DNA of 61,306 bases, the filler included. It is 10 parts of 10 records of this genome, joined end to end, with 100 filler letters (N's around TTAATTAATTAA, not from the genome) between each part and the next. Parts side by side here need not be neighbours in the genome. Positions count along the whole stretch, not along the records: positions 35,428 to 41,670 come from SRR7504441_2258; positions 41,771 to 44,804 come from SRR7504441_2259; positions 44,905 to 52,283 come from SRR7504441_2263; 7 more parts are not named here. One strand, 5' to 3'. A model generated the notes under the pieces. That model was not told the origin of the DNA. It saw only the letters and a program-made list of their open reading frames with translations, and searched no databases. The translations under genes and the position numbers were made by a program. This document shows positions 35,431-45,036 of this stretch, piece by piece; position 1 is the stretch's first letter; each line of letters starts with the position of its first letter.

Positions 35431-36291
35431 ATGCAGGGTTCGTCGGTCGATCCGTGGAGTGCTAACCCACCAGTCGCGCCGGACTACTCCAGCACCGGCG
35501 GCTTCGGCGGTTCGGCCGGCGGCCAGAGCGACTTTGGGTCGACTGGACAGTCCTCGTTCCCGACCGTGCACCAGCCATTCCCAGGCGAGAAGCCGCCCCC
35601 CGCGGCCCCCGTGCCGTCCGCCCCCAGGCCGGCGGCACACGCGGTGGAGAGCTCCGGGGAGCAGTACTGGCAGCGGCGCGGGCTGCTGGTCGGGCTGCCG
35701 GCGCTGGCCATGGTGGCCATCATGGTGGCAGACACGATGCTCCCCGAGAAACAGCAGCTCTACCACCTGTGCATCTACCCCCGGACGATCCACGGGCTGG
35801 TCGGGGTGCTGGTGGCCCCGTTCGTGCACTTCTCGTGGGCCCACCTGCTGGCCAATCTGGTGCCGTTCATCGTGCTCGGGCTGCTGGTGACCTTCCGGTC
35901 CGAGGCCGAGTACATCAAAGTGTCGGCAGCCGCGGTGCTGCTCGGCGGGCTGTGCCTCTGGGCGCTCGGCCGGCCGGATACAGTGTACGCGGGCGCCAGT
36001 GGGGTGATTTTCTCATACTGGGGGTTCATCCTGGCGATGCCCTTCTTTGAGCCTGAGTTCCAGTGGCTGAGTGTAGCGGTGGCTGTCGGAGTGGGTATTG
36101 CCTACAGCGGGCTTGTGTTTGGGTTCATCCCTCAGGCCAAGATGGGCGGGCAGACCGTTGCCTGGGAGGCGCATCTGGCCGGCTTCTTAGTCGGCATATT
36201 ATGGGCTTGGATTACAGCAAACTGGCTGAACTCGAGGCAAGAGTACGAGAAGATCAGCTCAAACGACAACGACAGCAGGGACATATTTTGA
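35431..36291 (+). CDS. Rhomboid-family intramembrane serine protease
   Basis: PFVHFSWAHLLAN, catalytic GASG and AHLAGF; about 6 TM segments. Confidence 0.9.
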   Translation: MQGSSVDPWSANPPVAPDYSSTGGFGGSAGGQSDFGSTGQSSFPTVHQPFPGEKPPPAAPVPSAPRPAAHAVESSGEQYWQRRGLLVGLPALAMVAIMVADTMLPEKQQLYHLCIYPRTIHGLVGVLVAPFVHFSWAHLLANLVPFIVLGLLVTFRSEAEYIKVSAAAVLLGGLCLWALGRPDTVYAGASGVIFSYWGFILAMPFFEPEFQWLSVAVAVGVGIAYSGLVFGFIPQAKMGGQTVAWEAHLAGFLVGILWAWITANWLNSRQEYEKISSNDNDSRDIF

Positions 36292-36440
36292 CGAGGACAC
36301 CGCGTGCTCAAGGAACTCGTGTACTCGAGCAGGCCTTCACCACAGGCTGCTATGTATAAGACTACTATATGATATTGAATGTTGTCAATTCATGATCGAT
36401 GTGAATATTTTAGTACATGTAAAAGTTGGTTCTGAAATGA

Positions 36441-37642
36441 GTGCTCAGCTGCTATGACTCGGAAATAATAGGCGAGCCATCGACCACTGGCTTGATGTCC
36501 GCCTCCAGCACGCCGCCAGACCTCCCGGCTACCGCCACCGTGATCATCTCCGGCTGCACCATAGTCACAGTCGCACACAACAGCCGCTCGGGACAGCTGA
36601 GCGATCCGACCAACGCTAAACTCAAGCTATCTGGACCGGCACTCGACTCCGGCAGCCGCCACAGCTTTAGCACCCCGCTCGCGCATACAGACAGTAGCAG
36701 ATCGCTGTGGCTGGAGACGCTTTCAATTGCTGCCCGGTGGCAGCACTCGCTGAGCAGCAGCCTGCCGTCCTCCATCGACCAGCCGTACACCGAGCTGCAG
36801 CCCGCCGATCAGCGGCCGGCCGGGCTGGGCGGCACCCGTCATCGCATCCAGCAAACATCACGTCCAGAGGCTCCGGGAGGACCACCATGCAGCTTGGCTC
36901 GACCTTGGCCGGTATTGCCGGCTGGACCGGTAGCACGTGCAGCTCATCCACCTCACCCAGCGAGAACCTGAGCACAGCGCTCGGGGCGCAGCAGCTGACC
37001 ACCCTCCCTCGCAGGTGTATGCACATGACCTCGCAACGGCCATAGTCGCTGCCCTCCACTCCGCCGCGCCCGGCTGGCAAGCTACCTCTCGTAAATAGCG
37101 TCGCATCGGCCCTTGGCCCCCCATAGCTTGATCCAGCCGTCCACCCCGCGGCTGAGCACTTGGCCCTCCGGCAGCCCACGCACCACGCTGACGGCCTGGC
37201 TGTGGGCCTGAATCGTCTTGACACACCGCTGGTCCTGCAGATCCCAGATCTGCAGCTCGCCCGACCCATACCCCGCCACCAACCAGGCGTCCAGCGCGCC
37301 CTCCTCTGACTGCGTGCCCCCGACCAACGCGTCTATCGCGGTAACCGGGTGCTGCACGTGCCGCAGTCGGAGCCGCTTGACCCTCGACCCGTGCCAGACC
37401 CGTATCGAGCCGCAGGCCTGGCCGGCGAACATGTACTGGTCAGAGGGGCTGGTCGCCAGGCACAGGCTCGGGCTGGCCGCGCTGGCGGGCATCCGGCGGA
37501 ACCGGGCGGCCTCCTTGTCGAAGACCAACGGCGGGTCGGTCTTGCCCGAGGTGGGCGACTCCTGGTTGTGGTTCAGGCATGAGAGCCGGGACGAGGTGCA
37601 GTCCCCGGCAATGAAGCGCTGGCCGCTCTGAGCCGTTCCCAT
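36441..37642 (-). CDS. WD40-repeat protein
   Basis: GSIRVWH, GELQIWD, AHSQAV...DGWIKLWG and SGVLKLWR across spliced ORFs. Confidence 0.8.
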
Positions 37643-37707
37643 AGAGCGCCACCGGAAGAAGTCCGTTGTCCGCGTCTGCAGCTGCCGAGTGCGACCTGTG
37701 TGCGAGC

Positions 37708-40119
37708 ATGGCGGGCCGGGGCCGGGGGCGTGGCGGCAAGGGCGGCAGGGGCGGCAGGGGCCAGGCCGCGCCGCTGCCGGTGGGCCCCGACGGGCGGCCG
37801 CTCTGCCCCGGGCACAGCGAGCCCTGCCTGAGCCTGTGCTCGCGCAAGGACAACAGCTTTGGCCGGCGGTTCTGGTGCTGCGCCCGGCCCAGGGACCAGC
37901 CGCTGCCGCAGGGCCAGTGCAAGTGCTTCCAGTGGGACGACGGCCCGCCGCCCACCCCGAGCAGCGGGCCGGCTCCGGCGCCTGCCCCGAGCTCTGTTCG
38001 GCTGGAGGTGGTGGGCAGCGGGGGCAAGCTGCGGCTGCGGCCCCGGCCGGAGCACCCGGCTCTGGCCTCTCTGGTGGACGACGACGGGGCGGTTGGGTTC
38101 GATGACCACGATCAGGCCAGGGATATGCTGGCTGCGGCGGGCGTGTGCGTCAAGGTGGTGCCACAGCTGATCAGGGAATGCTTCAGCGCGGGCAATCACG
38201 GGGAGGAGCCGAGCTGGGACGCGCTCGACCCACCGCTGTGGCGACGGCTGTTCAAGTATCAGCAGCACGGGGTGGACTGGGCCCTGTCCAAGAACTGCAG
38301 GGGGCTGATTGGCGACGAGATGGGGCTGGGCAAGACTGTGCAGGCGCTGGCTGTGGCGGCAGCCTTCCGGTCACGCTGGCCTTGTCTGGTGGTGTGCCCT
38401 GCCACGCTCCGGCAGAGCTGGGCGAATGAAGCCTCGGAGTGGTTAGGTCTGGGGCCTCTCAGCTGCCGGATTGTAAAGAAGTCATCAGACCGGTTGGATG
38501 GCCAGGCGCTCGACATTGTCAGCTACGACATGGTTGCTACGATGAACCAGGATCTGAGCGCCAGACAGTACCCACTGATCATCTGCGATGAATCTCACTC
38601 GCTCAAAAACTTAGACACTCAGCGGACTCAGGCAGTGCTCCCTCTGCTGTATGCTGCGCCTCACGTGCTGCTGCTGTCGGGCACTCCAGCGCTCTCCCGA
38701 CCCAAGGAACTCTGGCCACAGCTGATGGCTATCCGGCCAGATCTACTAGCGGATACTGAGGACAACTACCGAACCTTCAGCGAAAGGTACTGCGGCGGGT
38801 TTGAGGACAGCTCCGGGCACTGGGAGGACTCGGGCAGCTCGAACCTAGTCGAGTTGTCGCTGCTACTCGAATGGAGGTTCATGATCCGAAGGATGAAGAA
38901 GGACCAGCTGGCCGACATGCCGAGCAAGCAGCGTGAGACTAGTTGGGTGGACGGAGACCCTGCCGAGCAGCCCAGGCTGGACAAGTTGCTCGAGCAGATT
39001 GAGGAATGCCAGGAGGAGGCCAAGCAGGCGCTCACGCAGGAGGACAAGCAATCGTGGGGCACAAAGCGCAAGGCTCTGGACAGCCGAGCGTATGAAGCCA
39101 CGGGCAGGGCCAAGCTAAAGCCGTGCTCTGCCGAGCTGGAGCGGCTGGTCCGTTCTGGGGTTAAGCTGCTGTGTTTCGCGCACCATGTCAACGTACTGGA
39201 CGGGCTGGGCAGCCACCTTCAGGCGCACAGCCCACCAGTCAAGTTCATCCGCATCGATGGGCATACCAACCCGGCCGCTAGGCAGAACCTGTGCGATCGG
39301 TTCCAGTCAGAGCCAGACTGCCAAGTGGCGCTGCTCAGCCTAAAGTGTGGCGGCACCGGACTCACTTTTACCAAGGCGTCTGTAGTGCTGTTTGCTGAGA
39401 TCGATTGGGTGCCAGGTACTCTAAACCAATGTGAGGATCGGGCCCACAGGGTAGGGCAGCAGTCGGCCGTAACCGTCAAGTACATCTTGTGTAATAACAG
39501 CCTGGACAACCGCATGTGGCAGGCGGTCAGACGGAAGCTGCAGGTTGTGAATCAGACTCTGGACCATCAGGCAAAGCCAACCGGTCCGGCTGCATCTTCC
39601 AGCAGCCAAAAGCCAACCAGCCAAAAGCCGCCTGCTGCGCCTCCGATTACGACTTTTTTTCAGCCGGTACCGCAGCCGAATCAGACAACTTCCAGCCCTA
39701 GTGCGCCTGCAGCTTCAGCTGCGCAACAGTCTCCCCAGCCCTCTGGTGGTGCCCAATCAAGACCGGTACAGCAATCGCCACTCACACCCGAGCAGCGAGC
39801 GAGAATCGACCGGAACAGAGAGGCTGCACTGCAGAGGCGGCAGCGTGCTGCACCGCAGAATAATCAACCTGCCGATATTGCAGCTGCCCAAGCGGCTCCA
39901 AATGCGACTTTAAGTGAGGTTGTTGATCTCTGTAGTTCTGATGAGCCTGAGAATGATCTCCAAAAGTTGAATGTCAAGCCATGTGCTCAACGCTCAGAGG
40001 AAAAGTCGGCATCGAGTACGGAGCCCTTGTACTCAGAATCTAGCGACGACGATGTCACCTTGGAGCAACATATAAATAGGGCGAAACGAGTCAAAGTGGA
40101 TAACCAACATGCAACTTGA
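37708..40119 (+). CDS. SMARCAL1/ZRANB3-like SNF2 annealing helicase with N-terminal GRF zinc finger
   Basis: GDEMGLGKT, DESH, LSGTPALSRP, RIDG and QCEDRAHRVGQ. zf-GRF CPGH...GRRFWCC...CKCFQWDD (about 37801-37940). Confidence 0.88.
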   Translation: MAGRGRGRGGKGGRGGRGQAAPLPVGPDGRPLCPGHSEPCLSLCSRKDNSFGRRFWCCARPRDQPLPQGQCKCFQWDDGPPPTPSSGPAPAPAPSSVRLEVVGSGGKLRLRPRPEHPALASLVDDDGAVGFDDHDQARDMLAAAGVCVKVVPQLIRECFSAGNHGEEPSWDALDPPLWRRLFKYQQHGVDWALSKNCRGLIGDEMGLGKTVQALAVAAAFRSRWPCLVVCPATLRQSWANEASEWLGLGPLSCRIVKKSSDRLDGQALDIVSYDMVATMNQDLSARQYPLIICDESHSLKNLDTQRTQAVLPLLYAAPHVLLLSGTPALSRPKELWPQLMAIRPDLLADTEDNYRTFSERYCGGFEDSSGHWEDSGSSNLVELSLLLEWRFMIRRMKKDQLADMPSKQRETSWVDGDPAEQPRLDKLLEQIEECQEEAKQALTQEDKQSWGTKRKALDSRAYEATGRAKLKPCSAELERLVRSGVKLLCFAHHVNVLDGLGSHLQAHSPPVKFIRIDGHTNPAARQNLCDRFQSEPDCQVALLSLKCGGTGLTFTKASVVLFAEIDWVPGTLNQCEDRAHRVGQQSAVTVKYILCNNSLDNRMWQAVRRKLQVVNQTLDHQAKPTGPAASSSSQKPTSQKPPAAPPITTFFQPVPQPNQTTSSPSAPAASAAQQSPQPSGGAQSRPVQQSPLTPEQRARIDRNREAALQRRQRAAPQNNQPADIAAAQAAPNATLSEVVDLCSSDEPENDLQKLNVKPCAQRSEEKSASSTEPLYSESSDDDVTLEQHINRAKRVKVDNQHAT

Positions 40120-40343
40120 AGTCTAGATTATTCTACTTGCTAAACCTTAGTTCTATCCAATTTACCGATTGCATACAGTATTCAAGTACTAAAAAGCTCG
40201 TGAGTCGCGAACTCGTATCATGATTCGTGTAATAGGTACCAAGTCCATTCATTTACATGACATTGTAGTTAAGTTGGAATTTTAAATATAATAAGCACTC
40301 GTCGACGAGAATCTATAATACCAAGACTTGGCCTTAGTGGCCT

Positions 40344-41669
40344 TTACATTGGAACTTCAACGTGTACTTCAACAGCCGGCGTCTCTGATTCGTGCGGGTG
40401 GCTGACTTCCACTTCCACTTGCGCGACAAACTCACCCTCTTCCTCTTCAACAGGATTGTCTCGTGCTTCCACTGCCTTTTGCACGGCATTTGAGAATTCA
40501 GCAGTACCAGAAGCGAATTCTTCATTGGAACAGTCTCCAAACATCAGAACAACCCACATGAAGAATTGATCGTACATCAATCCATACGGATGGTTGCCAC
40601 TTTCAATGAATGACTCAACCGCTTCAAACGTGTCTTCAATGCCATCAATGGGCACACGCTCGTCATACATAAGGCAAGCGTCAATCAACTCATCTTTTGA
40701 AACATAGCCATTCTGGTCTGAATCAACCAAGGAGAACAGCCTTGTGGCAACTTTTTCAATCAGCTTGTACTCTGGCAGATCCTCAGGCTCTAATCCTGAG
40801 ACCTCAGCCGCCAGTCTCATACGTTTCGCCTCTGTAGCTGCTTCATCGAGAACAGGTGAAAGGTGACGAGCCTCTAGCTCTGACTGCAAGGCGGCCTCCT
40901 TTTGGAATTCACTTCGGTCTGCCTGCGGACTATCAACAGCAATCTCAGCATCCAGTGCTGGTTGAGACAAGTCAACCTGTCGCCGAAGCACATGGGCTGC
41001 TGTATCACTCATGTGTGCTTGAAGATCCGACGGCAGGATAGTAATCAAGGGTGGAAAGCAGAGAAGCTCCACAAATTGACCAAACGAAATGGTCCGCGCA
41101 TCGTCTCGACCTACTCTCACAAGGCATGCTTGAACGAGCGCAGTGATCCAGTGTTCACTGAATTCACGCTCGCTTGTGTTTAACTTATCCCATTGATCCG
41201 AGAATAGAGATGCAAGGCCGAATTCATTAGCATCGCCGCCCACATGCATTGTTGCTTCCTCAAACAGTTTGTTCAGGACAACTAGCGTCTTCTGGACCTC
41301 TTCAGGCACGCGTTTGGGCCTCTTAGGAGATTGAACCTTCACACCAAGCTTCCGTGGTGGCTCCTGGGGCTCTTCTGGAGCCTTCACCTCCACCTCGACG
41401 TCTACACATGGAGCCTTCACCTCAACCTCGCAGTCCGGTGCCTTAGGCGCCTTTGGTGCCTTAACCTCTACCTCCACTTCCACCTCGCAGTCCGGTGCTT
41501 TAGGTGCCTTTGGTGCCTTCACCTCTACCTCAACATCTACAGAAGCTTTGACCGAAGGGATGGGGTCAACACTGACGGTTGGTACTTCCACCTCTGCCTC
41601 CACCTGCGCATCTAACGACGGCACGCTTGGGGCTTGGGGCGCCTTCACCTCAACCTCCACGCTAGGCAC
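40344..41669 (-). CDS. EF-hand protein with VEVEVKAP repeats, 5'-truncated
   Basis: EF loop DSDQNGYVSKDE; repeated (KAP)n-DCEVEVEV units; ORF open to contig edge. Confidence 0.65.
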   Translation of the reverse strand: MPSVEVEVKAPQAPSVPSLDAQVEAEVEVPTVSVDPIPSVKASVDVEVEVKAPKAPKAPDCEVEVEVEVKAPKAPKAPDCEVEVKAPCVDVEVEVKAPEEPQEPPRKLGVKVQSPKRPKRVPEEVQKTLVVLNKLFEEATMHVGGDANEFGLASLFSDQWDKLNTSEREFSEHWITALVQACLVRVGRDDARTISFGQFVELLCFPPLITILPSDLQAHMSDTAAHVLRRQVDLSQPALDAEIAVDSPQADRSEFQKEAALQSELEARHLSPVLDEAATEAKRMRLAAEVSGLEPEDLPEYKLIEKVATRLFSLVDSDQNGYVSKDELIDACLMYDERVPIDGIEDTFEAVESFIESGNHPYGLMYDQFFMWVVLMFGDCSNEEFASGTAEFSNAVQKAVEARDNPVEEEEGEFVAQVEVEVSHPHESETPAVEVHVEVPM

Positions 41670-41770
41670 CNNNNNNNNNNNNNNNNNNNNNNNNNNNNNN
41701 NNNNNNNNNNNNNNTTAATTAATTAANNNNNNNNNNNNNNNNNNNNNNNNNNNNNNNNNNNNNNNNNNNN

Positions 41771-44700
41771 ACCCGTGTGGTGGGCGACCTCTCTGAGCCC
41801 GACAGGGAGACACTTGCCGGTGGGTCGGCTGTCGTGGTGGTTGACCCCATCGCCCTCCCCGACCTCGCGATGATCGTCTTGAGCTCCGGGAAATGGGTGA
41901 TGGTGGACCTCGAAATGCTGGAATTTGCGGGGAGCAAGTCCGACGAGGATCCCTTTGCGCTGCAGACCGAGTTCGTAGGGGACCCGTTGGCAGCTTGGGT
42001 GGTACCGTTGCCTCATGGCGACGCCGCCCTCGTGGTGGTGCACCGGGACAAGGCTGCTGATTGCGCAGCCGGGTGGTGCATCGCACGAACCGTCCGCCGC
42101 CGCGGGGAGGCACAAATCACTTCCAGCCTGACGTTGGACATGGCGTACGTGGACAGCGACTTGGCCCTTGTGGCCGATAGCGTCGTCATCTGTAGCCCCG
42201 CGGGACAGGTCACCGTGTGGCGAGGAGTGCTGGACACCGACGCAACTGTGGTCGAGGTGGTTCCCGCGCACCGCCTCCCAGGGGTGCCCGGCGGGGGGTT
42301 CCGCATGGTCTCCACCCACGGACGCTTTGCCATCCTGTTGGATCTGATCGGCGAGTCGGGAGAGCTGCACCACGCCGCGGCGCTGGATGTGACCCAGCCT
42401 GCGGTCTTGGCGACAGTTACAGATCTCAAGCCTACGGGGTGGAGCCAGGAGTCGAGGGACAACCTCGATTGGTGGTCCAGGGAGAGGGCGTCACTCGAGC
42501 GTCATTTCGGGACTCTCGTCCTCAGCCAGCTGTACAAGGTGTCGGAGGCGTGGTCCGCCACGGCGCGAAGGGCACCATCCGACATTGTGCGCGTCCCGAC
42601 GTGGGTCGGCTGGTGGGCCAACGACGGTGTGCCGGTCGGGCCGCTCCTCCCCGGCGGCCAGTTGTATGCCTCCGCACCCAGGGCGCATGGAGACGGGGTC
42701 AGCCTGTCCTACATTCGGCGCACCGACGACAGCGTGGGCAAGGACCGGCTGTACCTGAAGGTCGACCTTACAAGCGACGAGCTGCCAGCTGGCGCGAACT
42801 TGCGCGTGCGAGCTGACAGCGCTCACCCCGAACCCGACGTGACCCGCGTTGCACTCGGATCTGGAATGCACGAATGGCCGCCGACCCTGCTGATCCCCCT
42901 GCGGGGTGAGTTCGAAACTGTCTACATGGTCAGATCCGATGGGGGAGGGTGGTCCGGTGTGGTGCGCACCTGGATCAGGCTCGAGTGGCACTGGAAGCAG
43001 TCCGTCGTGCTGTCAGCTGTGCTGTCGATCGGTTCGGCATCGGCAGTATCCACAGACTCCATGCAGCGCAGGGCGATGTCACACGCCACGAACGCGAATT
43101 CAGGAGGCGGGACGGTGGTGTTCGCCCCCTCTGAGCTAAATCTGCCCGGGATGGTTGCCAATGGTGGGGAACCAGACGGAGAAGATGAATTATTGCCGGA
43201 TGGTTCCGACCCCAATGTCGACAACCAGATCGACGATACAGACGACAACGAAGCAATTTCAACCGTATGTGAGCCAGGCGACGGCGAAAGTACCCCCGTG
43301 TATTTTCGCGAACCGAGTTGCGACAACCTACCGGACCCCACCTATCCAGCGGCAACGGAATGGATTGAACAGCGGAAGATTCCAACTGGGCTCGGGATGT
43401 GTGCAGGAAGGTTCTGCATGTCGTTCGGCTCGTTGTACGAACTTTTGGAGGATCCATACAACTCTATTGGCGACGCACTGCTGTACGATGAGAGACTCCC
43501 TTACGCCCCAAACCCTGTGTATAGGATTTACCGCGAGTCCACGCCCCCGTTCTTTCACCTAGACGATCTCCGCCAATGGCACCGCACGGACCGCGACAAC
43601 CAACCGTTCAACTACGAAGGCACGAGCCCGACAGGCGAGATGTGCGCTCTCCAGTACAACGATACCGACCCTCCCCCCTGCCACACAGGAGATTCGGGAC
43701 ATTCGGATGCTTGTAGCCACTGGTGCAACCCCCGTACCCTGACCTCTTTCGGATCGGGGGATAACCGCGGCGTGTGTGTCTACGAACAAACCGAATGCAG
43801 CGAACCCAGTTATCAATATGGGCAGGCGTATTACGACGTACACGTTAGTTTAAATGCCCGTGAGTGGGCAAAGGTTCGGTACGCAAATGGTGTCCTGCTG
43901 AAGTCTGTCATCTCAGCCGAACACCTGTCAAATGGTTACGCGGATGATTATTCTGAGTACCTGGGGGCGTATGGTAAAGCATCTAGGATCGAAATCCCCG
44001 GAATCGAGGTGAAGTGGGAGTTGGACAATGGTCCGTTCCACGTCGCTCAAGTAGCACTGTCGATAATATGGAAACCTGCCCCCAGCGAGACTAGATGCAC
44101 TAATTGGTTTGCCAGAGCTGGGGAGACCCACAAGTTTCACATCAAAGGGAACACTCCCATCACAGAATACACGGTGCGGACACCAGAGGGGACAATCAAG
44201 ACATTCTATACACACGAGAGCGGGAGCTTTCATCGACAGGTGACCTGCAACAAACATGAAGACGGGTTCCACTGCAAACTTCCAATAGGCCACAAGGCAC
44301 CTGTAAAATTGACATATACGAAGATGGAGGGCGGTAATGTGGTCACGCATGTGGACAAGGTTGAAGGTGTCGGTCGAAACATGTTCAAGACTCTTACAGG
44401 CTACTGGTGGCCACTAGAGGCACCCACGAAGGAATCGTCCTTCAATGCACATTACTGGAATCGATGGGGATTTAAGGCAAATCATGGCACAAGTCTTAGT
44501 CGTCTAAAATCGGTGCTCCTGTCGACTAGTCAGTCCTTGCTCATAACAGACGTTGCCCCAGTAACTCGGTATCGGTGGCCTTTCAACACGTTACGCATTT
44601 TCCGCCGCTGCCCCCGAATAGCCGCGGTCGGGCCCGTGAATCTACCAGGTAAGCTGGACGTATGCCGGACGGTGTACGAAGACCCCCCATACCCCGACCC

Positions 44701-44804
44701 AACGACATCGCCTATAAACTCCCCATACTCCTCCCCCGTCCCCGAACCCCGGCTGTCGGAAGAAACCTCCTTTATGATACGCCTCAGATCGGAGGCAGAT
44801 GAAA
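41771..44804 (+). CDS. Large intronless orphan ORF spanning the entire contig (both ends open)
   Basis: More than 1000 codons without a stop; acidic linker and Cys-rich middle. No family recognised. Confidence 0.6.
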
Positions 44805-45036
44805 NNNNNNNNNNNNNNNNNNNNNNNNNNNNNNNNNNNNNNNNNNNNTTAATTAATTAANNNNNNNNNNNNNNNNNNNNNNNNNNNNNNNNNNNNNNNN
44901 NNNNCGACCGGTGGCCCGATCACAACGGCCGCGAGGCTCCGGATTGACAGTTGGGCAGTTGAACACATCTCCAGCCGGTCGGGACACGCTGGGGCTCCGG
45001 TGGGGATCACGTTGGGTGCCCTCGCCCGCCAAAGGA

